A stretch of 48,371 bases of DNA, taken from the NCBI GenBank assembly GCA_963709405.1, contig CAVPXM010000086.1:1-48371 (forward strand). Direction: 5' to 3'. Below are positions 1 through 11,531 of the stretch, piece by piece. The position numbers and the translations under genes are program-made. The number at the start of each line of letters is the position of its first letter. The first letter of the stretch is position 1. The DNA is from an uncultured Nitrososphaerales archaeon (GTDB taxonomy: Archaea; Thermoproteota; Nitrososphaeria; Nitrososphaerales; Nitrososphaeraceae). The notes beneath the pieces were generated by a model. The model saw only the letters and a list, made by a program, of their open reading frames with translations, had not been told where the DNA came from and made no database searches.

Positions 1-379
1 CCATAAAATATTTTTTGTTGCTTCATTTGTTTCCTCAGTTTTCTAAATAAGGCAGAAAAATATGATGTTATAATTGCTTTAATAGTTCTTAATTTCATTC
101 TTTTCTTGACATCCTTTTTTGAATACATAGTAAGAATAAGCTGATAATCGGTCAATATTTTTGAAATTTGATTCCTCGTCTAACTCTTAACATGATGATA
201 ACTGCTATTGAATATGAGAATCACGAAAACAGAAACAAGTCCTCTAGTATAGCAAAGAATTAGAAAGACAGAATGCTTTATTTGCATCTAAATTGAAGCA
301 AATAATTAGAAAATATATAGGTCGCTATGAATATTCCTATAATAGATCAAATCAAACCAAACCAAACCAAAAATGGTCT

Positions 380-1021
380 TTATTTACCAACAATAAAAAC
401 AATGTCGACATTTTGTGATATCGTCTGTTCACCCGCGATGATTGGTGTTGGAGGAGTTGCAGCGATAGCTTTCGTAGCAAATACTTGCTGTGGTAGTGGA
501 GATGCTGTAAATTCTAAAAGTTTAATGGATTTCACTCCAATTATTTTTAATCCTAATGCTGAAGCTGCAATGTTAGCTTTCTCTACGGCGCTATCAATCG
601 CAGGCTCGATCAAGGAATTCTTAATTTGTTCTAACTTCTTATCAGAAAGGGTAAAATCTATACTGTTAATGTTGTTGGCTCCTGCGGCTATTGCAGTATC
701 GATCCAATTTGATGTTGCATTAATGTTGAAGCTTTCTATTGTGATAGAATTTCTTGCTGTAAATCCAGTCAGATCTCCTCTACTTGATTGTGAGTAGTTG
801 TAATTTGGTGAAATATCAAATAAGGATGTGCTTGTCTCATTTTCTTTGACTCCTGCTGTTTTTAATGCCGCAAGGGTTTTATTCATTGACTTTGAATTGG
901 AAGATAATGCAGCATCTGCAGTTTTATTTGTAGTCTCGACACCTAATGAGAGTGTAACCTTGTCAGGTTTTATTTTTATCATGGATGCTCCAGAAGCAGA
1001 TAATGTACGTATTAAAATCAC
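380..1021 (-). CDS. SIMPL (DUF541) domain protein; 5' end probably frameshifted
   Basis: SIMPL-type motifs: IKIKPDKVTLSLGVET, GFTARNSITI, IDTAIAAGANNINSIDF, PIIAGEQTISQNVDIVF. A signal-peptide-like stretch (SLLTISILTIVSIACLSSINSLNAQ) lies upstream to ~1140 in another frame. Confidence 0.85.
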   Translation of the reverse strand: MILIRTLSASGASMIKIKPDKVTLSLGVETTNKTADAALSSNSKSMNKTLAALKTAGVKENETSTSLFDISPNYNYSQSSRGDLTGFTARNSITIESFNINATSNWIDTAIAAGANNINSIDFTLSDKKLEQIKNSLIEPAIDSAVEKANIAASALGLKIIGVKSIKLLEFTASPLPQQVFATKAIAATPPTPIIAGEQTISQNVDIVFIVGK

Positions 1022-1356
1022 GATTAGATAGTATTATAGTGTGATTATTTTGCGAAGACTGGGCGTTTAATGAATTAATTGAAGAGAGACAAGCGATAGA
1101 GACTATTGTCAAAATTGATATAGTAAGAAGGGATCTTGTACATTTCTTATATTTCGTTTATACTATATTATATTTGTATTATTACGTATACAATTCTAAC
1201 TTATATGCGGGGTGGAACATAAAATCGAGATTCAGTATATCAAAACGAACTTTACCGGCTCAACCATAACAAATAGGAGAGATCGACATAATAATTAGAA
1301 TCGACTGTTCTTATTAATCACTAGATAGTAACATAAATGAAGTTACCACAGCTTAA

Positions 1357-2296
1357 GAACCCATCCGAAAAGTAGAGTTTTATTGAGTTATAAGCAAACT
1401 GTGTTTGATCGATAAAGCTAACTGTACTACACTTTCTTTTGAGCTGTATTGATATCAGAGGTTACTGGAGTTGATTCATGGTACTGCATACCTGATGTTG
1501 TATGGGATAGAATCATTACATTGCTATCATCATCAATACGTAGGAGAAAGAAGAAAAAGGCTGGTCGTCCAAGAATGAATGACAGGACGGCCATGAGTGC
1601 TATTTTCTACGTCCTACGTACAGGCTGTCAGTGGAATGCTCTACCTAGAAGTCTTGGTGCTTCAAGTACAGTACATGACAGATTCCAGGAATGGAGAAAG
1701 GCTGGTGTTTTCAAGCGAATGTGGATCGATGGATTGTCGGTATATGATAAAAAAACTGGGATCGATTGGAAATGGCAGGCTATGGATGGCGTTATTACAA
1801 AAGCGCCTCTTGGGGGAAAAAAGCACAGGACCAAATCCCACAGACAGAGCTAAATCAGGTACAAAACGTAGTATTCTGGTAGATGGTAAAGGAGTACCAC
1901 TTGGTGTATGTGTAGATGGAGCTAACAGGCATGACATGAAGATGACCAAAGCAACATTGCAAAGCATAGTCATCTATAGACCTGAACCAACAATCAGATC
2001 AAAGCGGCACATGTGCATGGACAAAGGCTACGCGTTTCCAGAGGTATACGAATTACTGGAAGAGTATGGCTATACAATTCACATCAGATTAAAAGGAAAG
2101 GAAAGAAGCAGCATTAAAGAAGGAATACCAAAATACAGAGCTAGACGATGGGTGGTTGAAAGAACCCATTCTTGGATGAACAGATTCAGACGATTGCTGG
2201 TAAGATGGGAAAAGAGGATTGAAAACTATATTGGAATGTTACATTTTGCATGTGCATGGATCACCTATAGAAGAAGTGGACTTTTCGCATAGGCTC
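1357..2296 (+). mobile_element. IS5-family insertion sequence, ~940 bp, complete
   Basis: Imperfect terminal IRs GAACCCATCCGAAAAG and CTTTTCGCATAGGCTC, with a TAA target duplication at 1354-1356 and 2297-2299. Confidence 0.92.
1449..2292 (+). CDS. IS5-family transposase in two ORFs (1449-1853 and ~1820-2292), joined by a +1 frameshift at GGGGGAAAAAA
   Basis: Motifs YVLRTGCQWNALP, STVHDRFQEW, TGPNPTDRAKSGTKR, MDKGY, RWVVERTHSW. Confidence 0.92.
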
Positions 2297-2759
2297 TAAG
2301 TAAGAGAAATGAACCAACCATCCAACAATGGAATAGGATAAGATAATCCGGTTGGAAGTATCCAACCAACCCGGGTAATTCAGTACACCATCGTTACCGT
2401 AGCACAGTACCACCACCAGCCAGTATAACGACAGAACTACATAGTAGACTAAAATCTTTAAACTTTCTAAACCGTCTATTATGGGTCCTCGACTATAACA
2501 TTTTTCACATTTAACAGTGGCATACTAATGAGTAATGCAGGCGATATAAAATAGGAGGATAGCCCCGGCATATAACATAGAAATCCAATGCAGCAGATAA
2601 AGGCTATAAACCCATAAAATGTCATCATCATTCCGATTATGGTTCCGCTTGAAAATAGAAGGCTTGACCTAGACAGATAAGATCAAACTAACTAACACCT
2701 GAAGGTGATCGGAAAACACATGGAGACTCATCGGTTCTTTGTTGTTATTGCAAAAAATA

Positions 2760-3323
2760 TTACACGTTATTTGGGTATAACCATCGTCGCAGCAATCTAC
2801 TCAACAGAGGCATTGCGAAATATGTAAGACCTATGACCAGTATTATGGTCATAAGTAGGTCAGTAAGCAATGGTCGCTGTCCTAAGTAAATACTAAGGAT
2901 ATAATGTGCTATCGAACTAATACTATATGCCGCAATAAATGAAACTATTGCCATTTTCCATTTGGGAGGTGCACTTATAGTTTTCAAATTTGGCAGATTA
3001 AACCATGTCTCCAAACCAGTAACTCTCTGGAGAGTAGAGTATTTGTTGATCTCATCTATTAATGAAAGCGCTACTTCTGAATTTTCCCATGCATCAAGTG
3101 AGGCCTGATCTGAGAAGCGATTGATAACATACCGCACAGAAGAGGTATTGCCGCCAGGGGCAATTATCGTCGTTCCTAGATACCCAGGAAACTGCCTCTC
3201 CGATATCATAAAACGCTCCAACCAATCGTCGTAATCTTTTTCGTGACCGGCAGCTATGTTTCTGCAGATGACCTCAGTAACTTCCTTCGAGGAGTGTTTG
3301 CCATACCCACTTTTCTTATTCAT
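2760..3323 (-). CDS. Antibiotic biosynthesis monooxygenase (ABM)-domain membrane protein
   Basis: N-terminal ABM-like segment (FPGYLG...RFSDQASLDAWENS), then TGLETWF, PPKWKMA and two TM helices ending MPLLSRLLRRWLYP. Confidence 0.8.
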   Translation of the reverse strand: MNKKSGYGKHSSKEVTEVICRNIAAGHEKDYDDWLERFMISERQFPGYLGTTIIAPGGNTSSVRYVINRFSDQASLDAWENSEVALSLIDEINKYSTLQRVTGLETWFNLPNLKTISAPPKWKMAIVSFIAAYSISSIAHYILSIYLGQRPLLTDLLMTIILVIGLTYFAMPLLSRLLRRWLYPNNV

Positions 3324-3356
3324 GAATTCCGTTCGAGCTCGGTTTTCCTAAATCGG

Positions 3357-4032
3357 TTATTGTGTCCCTCTGACCGGGGGAACTATTTTAGATGTCGTTA
3401 TTGTGCTGTAGATATCTCTCATTGACACAAAGTGGCTCTGACCTATTGCGGCATAGACTTGTGCCGCCAGCGGATCCGCGTTATTTTCCAACATCTCGAC
3501 CACAATCGCATTGTAATCTGCTACGATCACTCCCGCCTGATTCATCCTGGTGATTGCAGTTTGTCGCTCTGTCTCATCAAAAGCGCCTGAGGCATCAATG
3601 GCCGCATACGCACTGTAGCCAGCATTCATGGCCGAAATTGCAGGGAAACAGGTGCAAACTGCGGTGTTGACACCCGCAATAATTACTTTGGATTTTCCTG
3701 TTTTCTTGATGGAGGAAGGGATTCGAGGTTCGTCGAAAGGGTTTACCTTCGTTCGATCAATTATTTCTTGATCCTTCAAGAGATCGGCCAGCTCTGGAAA
3801 GAGGGGTCCGAACATGCCGTCTGACATAGTAGTCGTTACCACTATCGGCAAGCCAAGAATCTTGGAAGCACGAGCGAGACCAACGACGTTCTTTCTGAGA
3901 TCTTGCGGGTTCGGGGTATCTGGAACCAGCAACCAGACCGACCTGATGGTCGACGAGTAGCAGTACCGCGTTAGTTCTAGTTAGCCGGTCATAGGTTGCA
4001 TGTTTGAATTCGCCTTCTGGTATATTTTTCAC
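3357..4032 (-). pseudogene. YcaC-like isochorismatase-family cysteine hydrolase, frameshifted near 3930
   Basis: N-terminus RLTRTNAVLLLVDHQVGL is in the 3757-4032 frame. The remainder (LPIVVTT, IAGVNTAVCTCFPAISA, IDASG) is in the 3357-3932 frame. Confidence 0.85.
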
Positions 4033-4239
4033 TGATCAACATAACCGACAGTCTGATATTTCACAACGATGTATTTTTCGTAATGAAACGTAACTGTTTG
4101 TATGTAGAATGTTGGCGGAAGCAGTCGAAAAAGGATGCGGCGTTGCAAGTTGCCCTTCTTATGGCAGTACCAGGTCTTGGAGTTCTCCTGGTCAATGAGG
4201 GAAGATTTGAAAAAGTGGAACTCCTTTCTTACTCAGAAT

Positions 4240-4773
4240 TTATGTTTGAATTTCGATAACCACAGCCTGGTCGGTGGTTGTTATCCTTGGCTCTACATTG
4301 ATTTCCTCAAAGAGGGCCTTCACAAAACTGGACAGATAAATCGACCCATTTTGCCCCATAGGGTGCGTCAGGGTGATGACTCGCCTGTATTGGCGTGATT
4401 CCGTTTCGAGGAACTCGCCCCATCCGCCATATGTCATCGTTAGGAAAAGGGCGTTGAGCAGACTCGTCAGATTCAGCTCGCCGTATTTTGCAATAATTGC
4501 AATTTTGCCCATCTCCTTCATGTGCTGCCTCGCGGCCTGGGCTACTCTATCCTCTGGCGATATCTCGAGTAATCTGCGAATGGTACTCCTTGCCATTCTC
4601 ATCATTCCAAATTTTTTCATAAACCTCTCATAGGAAGTATGCACCCCGATTATCTGATCGACCAGAGTGTTGACGCTCACATTAAGCAGTGCCGCTTCTT
4701 CTTCTAATACGTTAAAGGATTCCTCACTGATTCTAAAAGACCTAATGATAGTCTTCTTGCTCTTGGTCGGCAT
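4240..4773 (-). CDS. Ribbon-helix-helix (CopG-like) regulator with C-terminal domain, thaumarchaeal type
   Basis: KTIIRSFRISEESFNVLEEEAALLNVSVNTLVDQII fits the RHH pattern. Likely start is ATG 4773 (MPTKSKK). Confidence 0.7.
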   Translation of the reverse strand: MPTKSKKTIIRSFRISEESFNVLEEEAALLNVSVNTLVDQIIGVHTSYERFMKKFGMMRMARSTIRRLLEISPEDRVAQAARQHMKEMGKIAIIAKYGELNLTSLLNALFLTMTYGGWGEFLETESRQYRRVITLTHPMGQNGSIYLSSFVKALFEEINVEPRITTTDQAVVIEIQT

Positions 4774-5603
4774 AGCTGAGGATCTGAAGAGCATTTGTAA
4801 CTGTAAAGTCATACTAGCTATTTGAGCATTCTGAGTTGATACTCAAGCATGTAACTGAGATGTTGAGTTTGGGGTGCTTAGTCTCATCATGGAAACATTG
4901 TTACAAACAGCTACAAAAAATACGTCGAAACTAATTACTTCGATTCCCTTAGAGAAGAACATGCGGAGGCGGTGACACTCTAAACTTATGCGAACTGCAA
5001 AGACCGCAATCCGTGCAAAGGCTAGCGAGGGTCCTTGCGGATTAGAGAATGCGAAAATGGCCGTTTCTCAAGACAGACTGACTTTGGCTCAAACGAAGAA
5101 TCGTTAAAAAGGCCTGCAGTGAGCAACGCATTGGTGCTAAAAATCTGTGGGGTCTTCGAGTAAGGTTTGAAGCTCATGAGTATGTCTTAGAAAAAATACT
5201 TGAGGCTACAAAATCAATTATAAAAGTTCAAATAGATCTAGCTAATTTGCTATCGGTGGACAGAAAGGAGCCTAAAGGAGAACAGAAATTTAAGCCTGAC
5301 ACAAGAGCAATTCGAGATGCAACGGCTCACGCCAAGTTTAAAATCTACAAAGAGTCAGGAGACTTTGTAATTCATTTCAATAATACCGATGAGGGTTATC
5401 GATTTCAGAGGAGATTTTCGAGAAGTAATCATATATATGAACCAGTTATAACCCTTAAATTTTTCATTCGAAAGAAGAACTCATTCTTTAAATGAAGACC
5501 TTTTTGAAATAGTTAGTATTAAACCCGGTCAGTAAGATGAATCTACTATCCTTGGAGTATTAGTACCGCCTATAATATATAATGTCGGATCGATTTAAGA
5601 TAC

Positions 5604-6356
5604 ATGACAGATCAAAAAGCTGCGATCGTAACAGGTGGTGGTTCTGGTATTGGAAGGGCAACTGCAGTTGCGCTTGCAAAAGAAGGAGTTAAGGTTGCGG
5701 TAGCCGACCTCCGTGCCAAAGAAGGAGAGGAAACCGTGCACCTAGTCAAAGAAGCTGGAAATGACGGCATCTTTGTGGAGACCGATGTGGCAAATGAAGA
5801 TGATGTCAGGTCGCTTGTAGAGAAGACCGTCAAGAGATACGGTAGGCTCGATTATGCATTTAATAATGCTGGTATAGAAGAAACGCCGACATCATTAGTA
5901 GACCAGACATCAAATGTTTTTGATCAGATCATGAACGTAAATGTCAAAGGTGTATGGTTGTGTTTGAAATATGAGATTCCGGAGATAATTAGAACAGGAG
6001 GTGGAGCTATAGTAAACATGTCCGCTGGACTCGGCGTAATAGGAAGTCCGCAGATGCCAATTTATAGCGCGAGCAAACATGCTGTGCTTGGACTGACCAA
6101 ATCAGCTGCACTAGAATATGCCAAATCTGGAATCAGAATAAATGCTGTTGCTCCAGGTGGAGTTGAAACCGATATGGTTCGACGAGCAACTGACGATAAC
6201 AAGCAGTTTGTAGAAACACTTAAGTCAATGCAGCCTACAGGACGCTTTGCAGATCCAGAAGAGATTGCAAATGCAGTGGTTTGGTTATTATCTGACAAAG
6301 CATCTTTTGTTTTAGGTCACACGTTGTTAGTTGACGGAGGATTAGTCAGTCGATGA
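5604..6356 (+). CDS. Short-chain dehydrogenase/reductase (glucose 1-dehydrogenase-like SDR)
   Basis: TGGGSGIG, NNAG, catalytic YSASK, IRINAVAPG, VDGG. Confidence 0.95.
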   Translation: MTDQKAAIVTGGGSGIGRATAVALAKEGVKVAVADLRAKEGEETVHLVKEAGNDGIFVETDVANEDDVRSLVEKTVKRYGRLDYAFNNAGIEETPTSLVDQTSNVFDQIMNVNVKGVWLCLKYEIPEIIRTGGGAIVNMSAGLGVIGSPQMPIYSASKHAVLGLTKSAALEYAKSGIRINAVAPGGVETDMVRRATDDNKQFVETLKSMQPTGRFADPEEIANAVVWLLSDKASFVLGHTLLVDGGLVSR

Positions 6357-6542
6357 GCCCGCCTAATGTAGAGACATCACAACCAGAGTCACCGGTAGAA
6401 GAAGATCCAGAACAAGAACCAGGAGATCATGAATCAGAAGGAGAGAGAGAGAGAATAATACAGTCGACCAAGAACACGTTAAACGAATTACGGCCATATT
6501 TAAGTACAATAAAGAACTGTCCCTTGCCGTATGAAGGACCAA

Positions 6543-7109
6543 ATGCTCAAGGTAGTCATTATTCTTGGAAGCACCAAACCTGGCCGTAATGGTGAAGCAG
6601 TCAATCAGCGGATATATGAGATTGCCAAGAAACGCAGCGAAGCCGATTTTGAGTTACTTGATATAAAAGATTTTAATCTTCCTTTATCAGATGAACCGAT
6701 CTCGCCCACTATGGGTCAATACACCAAAGAACACACGAACACTTGGTCGGTAAAAATCAAATCATTTGATGCATATGTGTTTGTAACAGCAGAATACAAC
6801 CATGGTATCCCCGGCGCATTAAAAAATGCAAATGACTTTCTTTTCAAGGAATGGAACAATAAGGTTGCAGGATTTGTAGGCTATGGCGGCGCTGGCGGGG
6901 TTTGCGCAGTAGAGCAGCTACGATTGGTTATGGCAGAATTGCATGTTGCAACCGTCCGCGCCCAAGTCCAGCTGTCACTTTTTACAGACTTTGAGAACTT
7001 TACAAGGTTTAAACCTGCTCCGTATAACGAAAAATCAGCTAGTGATATGTTGGACCAAGTCATAAGTTGGGAAAGCGCTCTAAAGGTACTTAGAACAAAA
7101 AATCGTTAG
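6543..7109 (+). CDS. NADPH-dependent FMN reductase (flavodoxin fold)
   Basis: IILGSTKPGRNG, FVTAEYNHGIPGALKNA, EWNNKVAGFVGYG. Start is ATG 6543 or 6531. Confidence 0.93.
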   Translation: MLKVVIILGSTKPGRNGEAVNQRIYEIAKKRSEADFELLDIKDFNLPLSDEPISPTMGQYTKEHTNTWSVKIKSFDAYVFVTAEYNHGIPGALKNANDFLFKEWNNKVAGFVGYGGAGGVCAVEQLRLVMAELHVATVRAQVQLSLFTDFENFTRFKPAPYNEKSASDMLDQVISWESALKVLRTKNR

Positions 7110-7788
7110 ATTATGTATTAGGTGTCCCATAGATATTGTCATCATCAGACAGACCATCTATCACTGTCTCCAACACCGATATCTCGGGGTCTGATTCCGA
7201 TAGTTATCTGTAAAGTTAGCCTTATGTAGACTACCTTGTAAGTTGCAAATTGTTACCAGTTTTAGATATAACACTACCTTCGTATACTCATCAAATCTTG
7301 CAGTCATTCGGAAGAAGTAAACCTTGGTAATGTATCTTTAAAAATGGGCCTGGTAGTTCGATACCAGTAGCTGGCAAAACTATCGGAAGATGGGGCTATG
7401 GAAATAGACGAAGTTACAAAGGAAGATGTCATATATCTTGTTCATTGATGGGAAACGGCTCTCACATTTTATTATGATAAAAAAGCCTGAGGTGGTTGGA
7501 CAGGATAGTCCTTAAAGAGAATTTAGGATTACGTCTTCTAGGTTCTTCAAGCAAGCTTGCGTAAATCTTCTAATCTCTTACTCCTATTGCAATATACATA
7601 TCTCTATTTAGGGACCTTTTGGTTATACAGACTTTCATAACATACCCAATTCACAATACCCATCAACTAGCTTCGACTATAGACATATCCTCGGCTGGAA
7701 ATGGAACACCCAATCAAATTCAAGCATATGAAAAGGAACGGTTGAGCTGGGGCATGGCAACATCAAGGTCAACAAGTGCGTTTAACGT

Positions 7789-8030
7789 TTATACGTTTAC
7801 TACGGGGTTTGATTTTCCTTGACTAGCAAATATTTGGTTAACGATTTGTTGAAGGTTGGAGATAGGTTTATGGCTTGGCTTCGATATCATGTCCTCCTTT
7901 GGAGTCTTTGGCGGGGTGTCGACAAATATGTTCATCATCCTGTAACCGAACAGAGTCGGATTGGGAAAGACCTTCCAACCAGATAGGAAGCCCTTTTCTA
8001 GCAACCACTTGAATCGATTTCTCACACATG
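7789..8030 (-). pseudogene. Lrp/AsnC-type regulator fragment
   Basis: NRFKWLLEKGFLSGWKVFPNPTLFGY resembles the AsnC HTH/wing and linker. Both ends are missing. Confidence 0.5.
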
Positions 8031-8132
8031 ATTACACACCTGATGGACTGAAGAGAGGTCCAGCCTCCAATTGCGGCAGCGGCTTCGTCTAGGATAGAAA
8101 ACACCGTTTGACTCCCGACCATAGCCGCGTTC

Positions 8133-8540
8133 CTACTCCGCCGACTTTGTGGGCGCCAATTCCGGTAAAGGGCCGAGCTTACACGTCATGGTGAGCTCGT
8201 CTGACGGACCCACGCGGTCGACGATTTTACCGTCTCGGAAGTGGTAGAGATGAAAGACTTTGAACTCGACCTTCCGGCCCGTTGACGGATTGGATCCCAT
8301 CGGCCCGGTATCAGTGCCGCACACCGTATTGTACGCCATTATCAGGCCGCCCTCAGCGACCTCCGCATGATACTCTGACTGCACGTCCGGAAACGCTCTG
8401 AAGTTGGCGTAAAGCTCGCGATAGACGCCTGGCCCCTTGCGGGCCTTGGTCGGAAACAGCTCATAGTGGTGGACGAAATCGGGATGCAGGATCTCGTCAA
8501 GGACGTCGAGGTTGCGCCCGTTGAACACCTCCTCGATCAA
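8133..8540 (-). CDS. SnoaL-like ester cyclase (NTF2 fold)
   Basis: IEEVFNGRNLDVLDEILHPDFVHH, RAFPD, TGRKVEF, FRDGKIVD. High-GC sequence. Confidence 0.85.
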   Translation of the reverse strand: MIEEVFNGRNLDVLDEILHPDFVHHYELFPTKARKGPGVYRELYANFRAFPDVQSEYHAEVAEGGLIMAYNTVCGTDTGPMGSNPSTGRKVEFKVFHLYHFRDGKIVDRVGPSDELTMTCKLGPLPELAPTKSAE

Positions 8541-9982
8541 CCAGTCGTGGACATGGCGATTAAGCGCTGCCGCCTGTGCGATTGGATCGGACCCGTAAGT
8601 GCGACTTTGAACATGGTTGCCTTCTTGCGATTGTTCAGGCGCTTGGCACGAGACCGAGCTGGCCGCATAATGGCAAGCTCGTCCCTCATGATGGCATCTT
8701 CGAGGATTTTGCCGTCACGAATGGTGTACATGTGGATCGCCATCCACTCGATGCGATTGCCCGTGCCGGGACGTCCGAGGAACTCCCCGCAATGCGTACC
8801 ACCGAAGCGATCGAGGATTACGACCTTATCGCCTTCCGCGACAACGTTAAGCACCTCGCCTCGCGCGTCGGGGATCGCTTGAATGAACGTCTCGTAGAGC
8901 TTTCGCCGGGCACCGGGTCCGACCTCGGGCAGTGGTCCCCAGGCGTCGATGCCTACTGCGAACATCGAGCGCAGGATGCGGCGCACCATATCGGAGAGAC
9001 GCTCCTTAGACAGCTTACCCTGCGCGTAGGCCTCCTTGAGCGGCTCCACGAACGGCTGCGCGTGCCAGTTGATCTTGTCGATCTGGAGACCGCTCTCCTG
9101 GTCGAGCCCCTTGAGCGCGAACTCCCAGCTCAGGGTGGCGCCCCAGTCGGACATCACCCATCCCGGGTAGGCCCACGCGCCCTTGAGCACGTCCTCGAGC
9201 AGTACGGCGTTGCCGCCGGCGTAGTCGCCGTTAATCTTGTTGTAGCCGGTCATCACCGAGCCTGGCTGCGAACGCTCGATCGCGATCTCGAACGCCAGCA
9301 GGTCGGATTCACGATGCGCGGCCGGGTCAATGATCGCGTCCAGCCAGTGGCGGTTGGTCTCGTTGCAGTTGAGCGAGTAGTGCTTGATCGTCGAGATCAC
9401 TCCTTCGCCCTGGATGCCGTTGATCGACTCGGCGGCGAGCACTGCACTCAGCAGCGGATCCTCGGATAGATACTCGAAGTTACGTCCGTTGCGTGGATCT
9501 CGGGCGAGGTTGATGCCGCCAGCCAGCTGGACATTGAAGCCTCTACTGCGCGCCTCGAGAGCGATCATGCGACCACTGGCACGGGCGAGCTCAGGGTTGA
9601 AACTCGAGTCGAGCACGATGCTAGCGGGCAGCGCTGTGGCCATGTCGCCCTCACGGAACCCGGGGTTGGTGACACCGAGGCTCGCGTCCCTCATCAGGAG
9701 CGCTGGGACACCGAGGCGCGGCACGCCGGGCGTGTAGCCCGCGCTCATGAGGGTTCCCATGGGGATGCGCACGTCTCTGGCTAACGGGATGACCGGGTTT
9801 TCTCCCACCACGCTGACAACTAGCGAGAACCGGTCGTCGTCGGTCATCTGCTCCTCGACCTCACGCGCCCGCACATCGGCCGGCGAATCTTGTGTAGCCG
9901 CGGATCTACTCTGTTGCGTCATGACAGCCTCCTCTAGACGGCCTTTGCATTGGTTTCCGTGCTCCGGTTGGTATTTCAGCAC
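8537..9982 (-). pseudogene. Chimera: GH3 beta-glucosidase N-terminal TIM-barrel fused in frame to a second SnoaL-like fragment
   Basis: GH3 motifs RDPRNGRNFEYLSEDP, TIKHY and nucleophile VMSDWGA. After ~8920 the sequence becomes SnoaL-like (VVAEGDKVV, GTHCGEFLGRPGTG, IRDGKI). The GH3 C-terminal domain is absent. Confidence 0.85.
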
Positions 9983-10396
9983 GAATTATAAATCTCATCG
10001 ATAAGATTGTATGATGAAATCTGTAAAAGACTTATTTCTATCCATCTAGTAGGTGGACAAATCATACGCGATTCATATGTTTTAATTGTGGTAACGTTTG
10101 GATTCAACAGATCAATAATGATGGCTGCATACTGTAAACAACTTTACCCTCTACCAAATTGATAATAGGATTCTTTATGATTCAATATGGGAAGTATTGG
10201 TAAACTAATAAACCCGTTCAAGTTACTTCATAGTAATCTAAGATTAACTGATGTATGCTTGCCGAGATTAAACTATAGAAAATAAATTCGTGTAACTACT
10301 TCACTTGGTACGTATTCACTGTAGTATTTGTTGCAATGCAATGCGATCAGAAGATATAAAAACACGTCTTAACAGGTATCAAATGCATGAATACAT

Positions 10397-11458
10397 ATGA
10401 AAAAGAGCAATGATGATAAGACTAACTCCAAACCTTTTGGACATATGGAATATAAGATAAAAAAGGAAGTTTCTATTTTAAGAGTTTTATATGTTACATT
10501 GATGACTATTTCTTTATTCGGTGGTCTTGCCATTACTTCAGTATTCACTGCGGGCCAATATACCATTAGTCCTGCGATGGCTATAGGTGATAATAATGCT
10601 AGCAGTACGACGATCGCTCACAATAATACTCCAGAACAAAAATCTATCACTACCAATGATACTAAAGCACACCCGCATAAGGTATTTACAATGATAGCCG
10701 AAGACGCTAGTATTGAAATATCTCCTGGCGAGCGAGTAAAGGTATGGACATTTAATGGAACAGTTCCTGGGCCTACGCTGAGATTTACGGAAGGAGATAA
10801 TGTCACTATTCACTTTAAAAATAATGCACCAATGGCACATACATTACATATGCATGGAACACACGATGCAAAGAATGATGGTGGATTTCCCTTGATACTA
10901 CCAAATCAAACTTATACTTATAACTTTATAGCTGAACCTGCGGGGGCGTTTCTGTATCATTGTCATGCTCAACCAGCGTCACTCCACATTAGAATGGGAA
11001 TGTATGGCTCGTTGATTATAGATCCAAAAGGAAATGACAGTTCAATTCTAAAACCGGCTAGAGAATATGCATTAGTATTAAGTGAATATGACCCTGTGAA
11101 TCCAGAAGCATTTATTCCTAAATATTACCCTATGAATGGCTATGCTGATCAATACATGGATAATAATTCTTTGCAAGCAAGACAAAATGAGCTCGTTAGA
11201 TTTTATGTAGCTAACATCGGAACCACAATACCGTACTCATTTCATTTGCACAGCACTATTTTCAAAGTGTACCAATCTGGATTAATATCAAATAAACCTA
11301 TAGACGCTCAAACAATATCAATTGGTCCAGGGGATGCTGCAATAGTTGAAGCAGTATGGAAATCTCCTGGAACATATTTTGTCCATAGTCACGGATTACA
11401 AGAAGAAAGAGGAAATATGGGAGAGATACATGTGATTCCAACAGCTGAAAAGAAATAA
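10397..11458 (+). CDS. Two-domain multicopper oxidase with N-terminal TM/signal segment
   Basis: WTFNGTVPGPTLR, HTLHMHG, type-1 Cu motif YHCH...HIRMGM, and FHLH / VHSH in domain 2. Confidence 0.92.
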   Translation: MKKSNDDKTNSKPFGHMEYKIKKEVSILRVLYVTLMTISLFGGLAITSVFTAGQYTISPAMAIGDNNASSTTIAHNNTPEQKSITTNDTKAHPHKVFTMIAEDASIEISPGERVKVWTFNGTVPGPTLRFTEGDNVTIHFKNNAPMAHTLHMHGTHDAKNDGGFPLILPNQTYTYNFIAEPAGAFLYHCHAQPASLHIRMGMYGSLIIDPKGNDSSILKPAREYALVLSEYDPVNPEAFIPKYYPMNGYADQYMDNNSLQARQNELVRFYVANIGTTIPYSFHLHSTIFKVYQSGLISNKPIDAQTISIGPGDAAIVEAVWKSPGTYFVHSHGLQEERGNMGEIHVIPTAEKK

Positions 11459-11531
11459 TAATAATAATAATACTGTTGCTTCAACATCAAACTACTCTTC
11501 TCTAAAACCAGTTACAAACAAGAGCGTATCA

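Noticed and set aside
327-1031. Plus-strand ORFs 327-797 and 828-1031
   Set aside because: Antisense to the SIMPL gene, with no motifs.
5247-5495. 82-aa ORF upstream of the SDR
   Set aside because: Probably a fragment of a decayed hypothetical gene. No assignable function.
6353-6589. Acidic 78-aa ORF between the SDR and the FMN reductase
   Set aside because: Low complexity, overlaps the next gene, and has no recognisable domain.
8466-9737. Long plus-strand ORFs (8466-8882, 8576-9469, 9384-9737)
   Set aside because: Antisense shadows of the high-GC GH3 gene, where stops are rare.
10397-11458. Calling the MCO nirK
   Set aside because: HxH motifs in both domains fit a two-domain MCO with a trinuclear site. 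NirK cannot be assigned without a phylogeny.
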